A stretch of DNA of 64,000 nucleotides from Squalus acanthias (lineage: Eukaryota), in contig CM059431.1 of NCBI GenBank assembly GCA_030390025.1, positions 129,272,001 through 129,336,000 of the forward strand. The letters are read 5' to 3'. The notes under the pieces were generated by a model. The model ran no database searches. It was given only the letters and a program-made list of their open reading frames with translations, and had not been told where the DNA came from. Position numbers and translations under genes: made by a program. This document shows positions 51,436 to 62,806 of the stretch, piece after piece; the first letter of the stretch is position 1, and every line of letters begins with the position of its first letter.

Positions 51436-53879
51436 GGAAGACAGATTGAGCTTTATGCAGATTGCAAGTGTTTGGAGCAAACTCTCTATCCAGTGTCACC
51501 TCATTGGAACAAACTCTCTCACCATTGACAGATCGCTTCTGTCATCCCAAGTTTACCTGCCATCTATTGCATCAGCATCGTTGTCCTTGAAACTATCTCA
51601 CCTTGGTCCTCAGAATCCCACCACGATCAGCCCCAACACAACATCACCAGGCACACCAGCAGCACCAACAACAACACCAACCTTCTCCGCAATTAACTGA
51701 TGCTGCACAGGACACAGGACATCAGCACCTGACAACATTGCTGCCCAGGACACCAGGGCTGGCCTCACCATGGGCAGATTTACTTCACTTGACGCTGTAC
51801 ACCCTGGCTGCCACATGATGTGCCAGGTTGGCACCACCCCACATTAACACCATAAAGCATCCCTACAATGCACAAGCCATTCCTTTCACACTCATCACCA
51901 TTATGGGAGGTACCGTTATGTCTCACCATTCACTGCAACTCACTAAGCCACTTCCAAAGGTGTACACAGAGCTGTCCAAGAATGCAAAGTGTTGAAAATA
52001 AAGGTTTCAATGTTTGACACCCCATTAACAGAAACTTTACATGAACATTGGCTAAAACACCCAAGTGCCTACCCTTGTGTGTTGTTAGTTGGTATGATTG
52101 GACCATGAAAAGGGTGAGTGCGAGGGGTGGCTAGTGAGATGCGAAAGTGATAATGTAGGTAAAGAGGGATGGGTGGAGGTGCAAGGTAAGTTGGTGTGAG
52201 TAAGGATGTGTAGGGAAGGCAGAGTGATGGGGATGTGATGAGTGGCACAGCAGGATGAGGTTGAGTGTGGCTTGGCAGCAACATTTCGTGATCTACTGAG
52301 ATCATTGAAAGGTTTGCGCCACTGCAGCCTGGTCCTCCTTACGACATCCCTGCTTGTGCCCGCCTGTGCAATGTGCAACCAGGCTACGTTGGTCTCCTGG
52401 GGAGGTCTCTTCCGCCCATTGGAAGGGAAGGGAACCTCCCTGCGTGCTGTGACTCCCTCCATAAGCATATGGAGGGAGTCATGGGAGAGCCTGGGTGCAG
52501 CCGTGCACCTCTGAGCAGTGCTTGTCAGTGTTTGCGGCACCTCAATGCTGTAGAACACTGACAGCACAACTGTCAAAATAAATTCACACACGGTCCCTTT
52601 AAGGAAACCGGCTGTTGATGCGTCATCAAATTATGTCATCAGACCCGCTTCCTTCAATTGGCCGGCAAACGCACTGGGCGGGCTTAACAAGCCCAATCAG
52701 CGTAAAACCATTCTACAGAGCCGGCTGGAGCCAACTGCGGGGTCAGGACCTGCCACCGACGTCGCCCGCACCGGACCCACCGAGGTAGGGGAAATCGTGG
52801 CCCTCTTCCTTGAGTTTAATTTATAACTTCTTTAATAGTTTTGAACTTTTTGAATTAGTATCACATCCACAAGTCCTTTAATCCTGATTTATGTGCCAGA
52901 CAGCTCCACAGGCAGCAAAACTGTCCTGACCTCAGTAGTGTAGGATCCTGGAGATTTTAACACACAGGCTTCATCTCCATGCCCCTAGTCAAGTTGTCGC
53001 CCAATATCATCAGGAGCGGCAGCTGGCCAGCGGGATGGAGCGCAATGCTGGGTGGCAGGAGACCGCCACTGGGGACCAGACAATAGGTCCATGGCACTCA
53101 GATAAGTCATAGGGAGGGTTTTTTTGGAGGGCCTCAGATCAGGGGAAGGGGGGAGCTCAGGGCAGGGAGGACCTAAACATTCCTTGTGTAGCCCAGAGGA
53201 GCAGGAGTTAAGAAACAAGGAAAGCTAAACATAAGTATAGGAACTTACCTTTTTGGGCCTCTTCTAGCCCTGGCTCCTCTTCCTGCCAGGTTGACCTGGC
53301 AAGAAAGCCCCAATCGTTTCCCCGCTCAGGCACATGGTTAAAATAGATCTTGGGTCCTCTATTCCGATGGGTGTCTTTCTAGCCTGCTCAGAAGAGCGGG
53401 TTAAAATTGAAGCTTGCGGAAAGAGACCAGGACATCGGCAAGTGAGTCTCCCAGCTGATTTTAACTACCCATCCGTTCATTTTTTCCCTGGGTTAAAAGT
53501 GCGCCTATCCTGTCCTCACCATTTCCGCACAGGTGTACCTTTCCAGAAAAAGTCACTGGATCGTCACCAAGAGTGGGAACTCTTTCAGATTTTTCTCTGT
53601 CTCTCAAACCTCAAGAACACAGTCCCAATTTCAGTACTGCCCCTCCCCCACCCCTGCTACGCTGGCTGGGACCAGCTAATTTAGCACAGACCACAGATTG
53701 AACCTTAAACTTCCTGTTCTATATGGTCCATTGCCACCCAGGCAGTTGGTTCACCTACTGAGGCATCATTTTTCTAGAGAATTTTTATAGATTTTGTTTT
53801 GTTAACTTGTCCTCATAGTTCAAATACCTGAATCATCTTTGTTGCTGTTACCTTTCCACGACCTCTGTATCTCCTCATA

Positions 53880-54165
53880 AGTACAACAACTTGCAGTTTT
53901 ATAGCACTCCTCATAGAAACATGCCTCAGAGCATTTTATAATGGAGAGGAGCAGAGGATAGGAAAGATTTAAGGGGAAGAACTAAAAGTATGATTGAAGG
54001 TATACATTTCTAAGAGGCTTTTCAACCAAGGGTAGGATGGTAGCAAAGTGATTTAGGGGAGAGTTGCAAAAAGCATGTCTGAAAGATTGGCCACTGATGG
54101 TGGAGCAGAAACATTGGGGAATGAGCAGCAGTTCACAGTCAGAAGAGCAGAGAGGTGTGAGATGT
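53880..54165 (-). mobile_element. Degraded L2-like 3' fragment
   Basis: ACAACAACTTGCAGTTTTATAGCAC tail and resemblance to 41243-41690. Confidence 0.45.
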
Positions 54166-54207
54166 ATAACTATAAGTACAGAGATCACAAAAATCTCACA
54201 CACAGAT

Positions 54208-54943
54208 GGGGAGAAATTTAGTATAGCCCCGTTTGGGGCACTAAAACTGTAAAAGTTGAAAAATTAACGCTGGGCGCTAATCATTCTTGCCTCCCGCGAA
54301 ATTCAGTTTCAGCGCTCCGAGAGGGAAGTGGAGCAATAAATCAAGCGCTTTTCTTAGGGCGCTAAAGTGTGTGAGAGAGGCAGTAGCGGCAGAGCAGTGC
54401 AGTGCAGTGCTCCTTCCCTCGCTTAAAGGGAAAGGCCAATGATGGTTTGCAACATTCTTCTTCTTAGTTCTGTGGGGCCAGGGGACCTGCGCGACTTCCA
54501 TTACAGCCCCAATCACTCTCAGAGAGTGGAGGGCTTAGGCATCACGCAGCAATGAGGCTTCAAAAACTTTCAGCAGGCACCAGACTGGTGCAAAGAATAA
54601 AGTTTGGCCTCTCTGGCCACCACTGCCTTTAATTATCACTCCCCAAGCGGCCAGCCGAGGTGACAACGCCTCCTGTTGCTGCTGTTGTTGACGCCCGGCG
54701 ATGCAGCAGGGGGCGGGAGCGAATTTCACATCCGGAGAGGTAACTAGGTGTTGCGCACTTGATGACGGCACGATCTACAGGGCGCTAGAGACCGAGGCGG
54801 TAAGTGTTAGCGCCAGCGCAAAACCACCAGGGAAGTTCGCGGGCGTCGCTGAATTCGCCGCGCCCAGTCGGTAACCCCTAGCGCCCCGTTACCGCCACCC
54901 GCAGGCGTTAACGGGAGGCACAAAGCAGCCGAATTTCTAGCCC
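54208..54943. mobile_element. Harbinger-type MITE related to the 3873/38005 ends
   Basis: GGGAGAAATTT / GAATTTCTAGCCC; TSD ATG; many TAGCGCC/GGCGCTA motifs. Confidence 0.8.
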
Positions 54944-55234
54944 ATGGTCTCACTAATGTTTTATATAATGTGAGCATCACATCCTTAGAGCTCTATTCTA
55001 TCGGTCTACGTATACACCCGATCATTTTATTGTCTTTGGAACTTCTGCCTTGCACTGCTTTCAATGTTTTGTCAACAGTCCCACTGTAATACTTTCCCGA
55101 TTATGGATAAGCATACACTTGCCTTTATACTGTTTAATGCACTATGTATTATCTTACGTTTTTCAATATTAAATGACATTTGTGACTCATCTGCCCAGTT
55201 GCTTTGGCTGAAAGGCAGGAAAGAAGAACCATTA

Positions 55235-55325
55235 CATAAGAACATAAGAACATAAGAAATAGGAGCAGGAGTAGGCCATTCGGCCCTACGAGCCTGCTCC
55301 GCCATTCAATCAGATCATGGCTGAT
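55235..55325 (-). mobile_element. Very short CR1/SINE 3' tail
   Basis: (CATAAGAA)3 followed by the GGCCATTCGGCCC...GCCTGCTCC stem. Confidence 0.8.
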
Positions 55326-55732
55326 TACCAGCAACTAATAAAAATTAAGTAAACACTACAGTGAAAGTGAAAAACTGGACTTTAATTGGACATTTTACAC
55401 GCTGTAATCAGAGAGATTCTTACTTCGAGAATGTGTTTGGATAGAGATGGTAAATTCCAAGCAGCCTGCCCAAAGGACAATACTGTAGACTCAATGCCAT
55501 TTTAAAAAGTCAATGCACTTTCTTTGATTTGTAAGTAAAATTGATTTGTGACTACGAGTTGGAGATAATTTGTTCCGACAAGGACACCAAATATCGTCAA
55601 CTCTACACAATTATTGGTCAATTTGTCACTGGATCTAAGATTGATATTCCAAAGCTTTTCAGCTTTTATTTTTGTTGCAAATGTTGTGATCGATTTTCAG
55701 CAAGATGATGTTTTAATTCCATACTTTCAACA

Positions 55733-58700
55733 GACATGACTCCAGGATGGTATGTTGCCTCCCTGGTGCCAGGGTCAAGGATGTCACTGAATGGCTGCAG
55801 GGCATTCTGAAGGGGGAGGGCGAACAGTCAGAGGTCGTGGTTCACATTGGTACCAACGACATAGGTAGAAAGAGGGCTGAGGTCCTGCAACAAGAATTTA
55901 GGGAGCTAGGTAGCAGATTAAAAAGCAGGACCTCAAAGGTTGTAATCTCTGGATTACTCCCGGTGCCACGTGTTAGTGAGTATAGGAATAGGAGGATAGA
56001 GCAGATGAATGTGTGACTGAAGAGTTGGTGCAGGAGGGAGGGCTTTAGTTTCCTGGATCATTGGGTCTGTTTCTGGGGAAGGTGGGACCTGTACAAGTCG
56101 GACAGGTTGCACCTGAACCGGAAAAGGATGAACATCCTTGCGGGGAGGTTTGCTAGTGCTGTTGGAGGGGGGTGTAAACTAACTTGGCAGGGGAATGGGA
56201 TACGGAGTGGAGCTACAGTAGGGGGTGATGCACAGCCAAATATAGAGGAAAAAACAAGTCAGTCTGGAAGGCAGAGCAAATATGTAACGGCACAAGGGAG
56301 TATGGCAAGGCTGTGTGACATTTATTTTAATGCAAGGAGTCTTACGAGTAAGGCAGATGAATTGAAGGTGTTGATGAAAACATGGGAGTATGATATTGTT
56401 GCTATCACAGAGACATGCTTGAGGGAGGGGCAGGACTGGCAGCTCAATATTCCGGGGTATAGAATCTTCAGGCGAGACAGAGAGGGGTGTAAAAGAGGAG
56501 GGGGTGTTGCAATATTAATCAAGGAGTCAATTACTGCAGTAAGGAGGGATGATATGGGTAGAACTTAAAAACAAAAAGGGGGCAAGCACTTTGCTGGGAG
56601 TGTACTATAGGCCCCCAAACAGTCAGGGGGAGATAGAGGAACAGACATGTAGGCAAATCTCAGAGAAGTGTAGAAATAATATGGTAACAATAGTAGGGTA
56701 TTTCAACTTCCCCAATATTAACTGGGATAGTCAGAGTGTGAAAGGCTTAGAGGGTGCGGAATTCTTAAAGTGCATCCAGGAGAGCTTTTTGAGCCAGCAT
56801 GTAGAAAGTCCTACAAGAGAGGGGGCGGTACTGGACCTAATTCTAGGGAATGTAGCCGGGCAAGTAGTAGAAGTGTCAGTAGGAGAGCATTTTGGTAACA
56901 GTGACCATAATTCGGTGAGATTTAAGGTAGTCATGGAAAAGGACAAAGATGGACCGGAAATAAAGGCTCTAATTGGGGGAAGGCTGATTTTAGTATGATA
57001 AGGCAGGATCTGGGCAAAGTGGACTGGGATCAGCTACTTGTAGAAAAATCCACATCAGAGCAGTGGGAGTCATTCAGAAAGGAAATAGAGAGAGTACAAT
57101 GCCAACATGTTCCCGTAAAGGTCAAGGGGGGGACCAACAAGTCCAGGGAACCCTGGATGTCAAGGGATATACAAGAATGGATTAGGAAAAAAAGGGAGGC
57201 TTTTGGCAGTTACAAAGGACTAAAAACAGTGGCAGCCCCAGAGGAGTATAGAAAGTGCAGGGGGGTACTTAAAAAAGAAATTAGGAGAGCGAAGAGGGGG
57301 CATGAAAAAACACTGGCAGGCAAAATAAAGGAAAATCCCAAGGTGTTTCATAAGTATATTAAGGCCAAAAGGATAACCAGGGAAAGATTAGGGCCTATTA
57401 GGGACCAAAGCGGCAATCTGTGTGTAGAGCCGGAAGATGTAGGTGAGGTTTTAAATGAATATTTTGCATCTGTGTTCACTATGGAGAAGGACGATGTAGG
57501 CATAGAAATCAAGCAGGGGGATTGTGATATACTTGAACAAATTAGCATTGAGAGGGAGGAGGTACTAGCGGTTTTCGCGGGCTTAAAAGTGAATAAATCC
57601 CCAGGCCCAGACGAGATGTATCCCAGGCTGCTGTGTGAGGCAAGGGAGGAGATTGCAGGGGCTCTGAAACAAATTTTCAGAACCTCTCTGGACACAGGGG
57701 AGGTGCCAGAGGACTGGAGGACAGCTAACATAGTATCATTATTCAAGAAGGGTAGTAGGGATAAACCAGTGAATTACAGGCCAGTGAGCCTAACATCAGT
57801 GGTAGGGAAATTATTGGAAAAAATTCTGAGGGACAGAATTAGTCTCCACTTGGAGAGGCAAGGATTAATCAAGGATAGTCAGCATGGCTTTGTCAGGGGG
57901 AGATCATGTCTAACCAATTTGATTGAATTTTTCGAGGGGGTGACTAGGTGTGTGGATGAGAGTAGTGCAGTTGATGTAGTCTACATGAACTTCAGTAAGG
58001 CTTTTGACAAAGTCCCGCATGGGAGACTGGTCAAGAAGGTAAGACCCCATGGGATCCAGGGCAATTTGGCACATTGGATACAAAATTGGCTTAGTGGCAG
58101 GAGGCAGAGGGTGATGGTCGAAGGTTGTTTTTGTGACTGGAAGCCTGTGTCCAGTGGTGTACTGCAGGGATCAGTGCTGGGTCCCTTGCTGTTTGTAGTG
58201 TACATTAATGATATAGATATGAATGTAGGAGATATGTTCAGTAAGTTTGCAGATGGTACGAAAATTGGTGGAGTGGTAAATAGTGAGGAGGGAAGCCTCA
58301 GGCTATAGGACGATATAGACGGGTTGGTCAGATGGGCAGAACAGTGACAAATGGAATTTAACCCTGAAAAGTGTGAGGTGATGCATTTTGGGAGGACTAA
58401 CAAGGCAAAGGAATACACAATGAATGGTAGGACCCTAGGAAGGACAAAGGATCAGAGGGACCTTGTTGTGCATGTACATAGATCCCTGAAGGCAGCAGGA
58501 CAGGTAGATAAGGTTGTTAAGAAGGCATATGGGATACTTGCCTTCATTAGCCGAGGCATAGAATATAAGAGCAGGGAGTTTATGATGGAGCTGTACAAAA
58601 CGTTAGTTAGGCCACAGCTGGAATACTGTGTGCAGTTCTGGTCGCCACACTATAGGAAGGATGTGATTGCATTGGAGATGGTGCAGAGGAGATTCACCAG

Positions 58701-59167
58701 GATGTTAGCTGGGCTGGAGCATTTCAGCTATGAAGAGAGACTGGACAGGCTGGGGTTGTTTTCCTTGGAGCAGAGAAGGCTGAGGGGGGACCTGATTGAG
58801 GTGTACAAAATTATGAGGGGCATAGATAGGGTAGATAGAAAGGAACTTTTCCGCTTAGTAGAGGGGTCAATAACCAGGGGGCATAGTTTCAAGGTAAGGG
58901 GCAGGAGGTTTAGAGGGGATTTGAGGAAAAACTTTTTCACCCAGAGGGTGGTTGGAATCTGGAACTCACTGCCTGAAAGAGTGGTAGAGGCAGGAACCCT
59001 CACAACATTCAAGAAGCATTCAGATGAGCATTTGAAACGCCATAGCATACAAGGCTACGGACCAAGTGCTGGAAAATGGGATTAGAATAGATAGGGCTTG
59101 ATTGCCGGTGCAGTCACGATGGGCCGAAGGGCCTCTTTCTGTGCTGTATAACTCTATGACTCTATAA
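55733..59167 (+). mobile_element. CR1 LINE: ORF1 esterase C-terminus, near-complete ORF2, 3' tail
   Basis: VHIGTND; YFNARS; ORFs 56549-56998, 56995-58308, 58351-59085; ACTCTATG tail. Confidence 0.95.
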
Positions 59168-59251
59168 CAGTTTCCAAGCTGTGTAACAAAAACTATCCTA
59201 ACATCATATTACCAAAATTTTCTATCATCATGTTATGTCTGAATCTCACAA

Positions 59252-59530
59252 TCATAGAAATTTACAGCACAGAAGGAGGCCATTCGGCCCATCATGTCTG
59301 TGCCGGCTGAAAAAGAGCTGTCCAGCCTAATCCCACTTTCCAGCTCTTGGTCTGTAGCCCTGTAGGTTACGGCACTTGAAGTGCATATCCAAGTACTTTA
59401 TAAATGTGATGAGGGTTTCTGCCTCTACCACCCTTTCAGGCAGTGAGTTCCAGACCCCAACCACCCTCCGAGTGAAAGAAGTTCTCCTGAACTCCCCTCA
59501 AATCCTTCTACCAATTACTTTAAATCTATG
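59252..59530 (-). mobile_element. CR1 3' fragment
   Basis: GGCCATTCGGCCCATC stem; WNSLPERVVEA in reverse. Confidence 0.82.
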
Positions 59531-59749
59531 AATATTTTGCTGCAACTCTGGAGGCAAGTTGGTTACCTTCCTTCCCATGATTTTTTCAGATTGATCTTGT
59601 CACAAAGCACAGATTGATGAGGCTAATATCCTCATGCCCATGTTACTTTATCATATCATTTCTATGTTTCAGCACTCTTCCTGGTTTATTTTCATCATTG
59701 AAGATGAGCTCAGAAGCCTTACTAGATTCCATCAAACCTCTAATATTTG

Positions 59750-60877
59750 CATAGTCATAGAGTCATAGAGTTATACAGCACAGAAAGAGGACCTTCGGCC
59801 CATCGTGTCTGCGCTGGCCATCAAGCCCTGTCTATTCTAATCCCATTTTCCAGCACTTGGTCCGTAGCCTTGTATGCTATGGCATTTCAAGTGCTCATCT
59901 AAATGCTTCTTGAATGTTGTGAGGGTTCCTGCCTCTACCACCCTTTCAGGCAGTGAGTTCCAGATTCCAACCACCATCTGGGTGAAAAAAAAAATCCTCA
60001 AATCCCCTCTAAACCTCCTGCCCCTTACCTTGAAACTATGCCCCCTGGTTATTGACCCCTCTACTAAGGGGAAAAGTTCCTTTCTATCTGCCCTATCTAT
60101 GCCCCTCATAATTTTGTACACCTCAATCAGGTCCCCCCTCAGCCTTCTCTGCTCCAAGGAAAACAACCCCAGCCTGTCCAGTCTCTCTTCATAGCTGAAA
60201 CGCTCCAGCCCAGGTTAGATCCTGGTGAATCTCCTCTGCACCCTCTCCAATGCAATCACATCCTTCCTATAGTGTGGTGACCAGAACTGCACACAGTATT
60301 CCAGCTGTGGCCTAACTAGCGTTTTGTACAGCTCCATCATAACCTCCCTGCTCTTATATTCTATGCCTCGGCTAATGAAGGCAAGTATCCCATATGCCTT
60401 TTTAACCACCTTATCTACCTTTTCTGCTGCCTTCAGGGATCTATGTACATGTACACCAAGGTCTTTCTGATCCTCTGTCCTTCCTAGGGTCCTACCATTC
60501 ATTGTGTATTCCCTTTCCTTGTTAGTCCTCGCAAAATGCATCACCTCACACTTTTCAGGGTTAAATTCCATTTGCCACTGTTCTGCCCATCTGACCAACC
60601 CATCTATATCGACCTGTAGCCTGAGGCTTCCCTCCTCGCTATTTACCACTCCACCAATTTTCGTGACATCTGCGAACTTACTGATCATACCTCCTACATT
60701 CATATCTAAATCATTAATGTACACTACAAACAGCAAGGGACCCAGCACTGATCCCTGCGGTACACCACTGGACACAGGCTTCCAGTCACAAAAACAACCT
60801 TCGACCATCACCCTCTGCCTCCTGCCGCTAAGCCAATTTTGTATCCAATGTGCCAAATTGCCCTGGATCCCATGGAT
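59750..60877 (-). mobile_element. CR1 3' fragment closely matching 58048-59167
   Basis: ORFs 60215-60883 and 59837-60166; (CATAGAGT)n tail. Confidence 0.93.
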
Positions 60878-61256
60878 TAACAAAAAGGCATTTGGATTCT
60901 GTAGTTCACATGATCAGGGAGGAATCTGCTAATATGTAGAGTGTAGGTTTACATTTGAATTTTCCTCTGAAGAATATCTTTGAGAAACCCATGATTTGCA
61001 CCTACAGGCTTTTTGCTGTAAAATACTTACAAAGGATAATAAGCCAGGTGTTTAGACTCTGCATTCTTTGCATCATTTTCTACCTAATGGATAGAGAGTT
61101 CATACAAAAGCAATTGAAAATCATTAACTGAATAATTATACTTTCAGAATGGCTGCTGTAAGACACACAACTGTGACCCAGAGTTGACATTCTTTCTGAT
61201 CTCCCTTATTTCTTTGTGCAGATGAAATGCATGCAAATCAATGGCAAAAAATTATA

Positions 61257-62021
61257 GGCCCAAAAATTCGGCCGTTCTCGGGTGAGTACTCAGTGCGTAC
61301 TCACCCGTATTCATTCCCGAAGTGCCGGTTTCCTGCATGCACTGCGCATGCGCGGGAAACCAGCACTTCCGGTATGGCGAAGGGGGCGGTTCCTAGGTGA
61401 ACCGCGTGCGCACTAGAGGCTGCGCGCACGCAGCACACTTAGTTTTTTTTTCAGGTTTCAACGCGAGGGAAAGTATTGAAGAAACTACGCTAGTAAAAAG
61501 GAGGCGTAAGACCCCTTTTGAACAAGGTAAGTAGTTAATTAAGTATAATTTAAAAAATTTTTCAACAGGTTTATCTTTTTTAGAGACTTTAAAGAAAGGT
61601 AAGTTTATTTTTATAACTTTTAAAAAGTATTTTAATTGTTTCAAAAATTTAAATTTTTGTTTAAAGTGGTTAATTTATTTAACTATAGTTATTTTATTAA
61701 TGTGATGGGTTTTAAAAAAAATTTATTTGAGGTTTAGCTGTTCTTTTGGGGCCGATTTCAATTCAAAGATTTGACAGGTCTCCTGTCAAATCTATGAATG
61801 AAAGATGGTCTGCTGCCATTGGCTCTCCATGGCCCACGTGATCCCACGGGTCGCATCGCACTAACTGCGCCCCTGGAACACGCAAGCACTGCGCGCCGGC
61901 TCTTGGGAGAGGCCCAGGACCCGAAGTTCCTGTGGGCCCAAAACACAACGGCAGGCGCGGTGGGTAAGATCGCGCGCGATCCTTACCCCCGCGGCAAGCC
62001 TCCGAATCGAATTTCTAGGCC
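61257..62021. mobile_element. MITE with promoter-motif cassette (copy 3)
   Basis: TIR GGCCCAAAAATTCG / CGAATTTCTAGGCC; TSD ATA. Confidence 0.9.
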
Positions 62022-62304
62022 ATAGTTTTTTTTTAAATTCTTATCAACAGCTAGCATTGATGTGAACTTTATTCCTGTATTCAAGACGAAAGGCACAGAA
62101 AACGAATGTGTAAGCAAGCCACATAATTTGGCCTGTGAGCATCAAACTAAAGAAAAAAGGTGTGAAATTACTAAGTACACAGAGTCTCACACTCTCAAGG
62201 AGATTAGAAACAATAGAGACAATTTTAACTGTGGCTGCCTGGAAGAATAGGCCAGTAGCAGCTCGAGGATGTCATCGGCTCCCTTACTGCCCTCTTTATG
62301 TTGG

Positions 62305-62806
62305 CAGATGGTTTCCATCCCAGGGTTTTGAAGGAAGTAGGTGAGCACATTGCAGATACCCTAACTATAATATTCCAAAGTTCTCTCGATTCAGGAACAG
62401 TTCCTTTAAATTGGAAAATTGCTCATGTCACTCTGCTATTTAAGAATGGCGAGAGAGGGAAACCAGGAAATTATAGACCAGTTAGCCTTAACATCTGTTG
62501 TCGGAAAATTGCTGGAGTCTATAATTAAGGATAGGATGACTGAACACCTCGAAAATTTTCAGTTGATCAGAGAGAGCCAGCATGGATTGTAAAAGGTAGG
62601 TCATGCCTGACAAACCTGATTGAATTTTTTCAGGAGGTGACTAAATTAGTGGACAGGGGAATGTCTATGGATGTTATTTATACAGACTTCCAGCAGGCAT
62701 TTGATAAAGTCCCACATAAGAGACTGTTAACTAAGGTAGAAGCCCATGGAATTAAGGTCAAATTATTGAACTGGTTAGGAAATTGGCTGAGCGGCAGGAG
62801 ACAGAG
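62305..62806 (+). mobile_element. CR1 RT fragment interrupted by an LTR
   Basis: HPRVLKEV...PGNYRPVSL; FDKVPHKRL...WLSGRRQ. Confidence 0.88.

Larger units (their letters stand above)
46958..52803 (+). mobile_element. Non-autonomous Harbinger (9926 family) interrupted by CR1
   Basis: 46958-47352 and 51436-52803 are colinear with 9926-11651 (junction ...CTTACTGCATTT|GGAAGACAGATT); Myb ORF 52085-52591(-). Confidence 0.85.

Noticed and set aside
57348..59048. Antisense ORFs over CR1 ORF2
   Set aside because: Shadow frames of the LINE coding strand.
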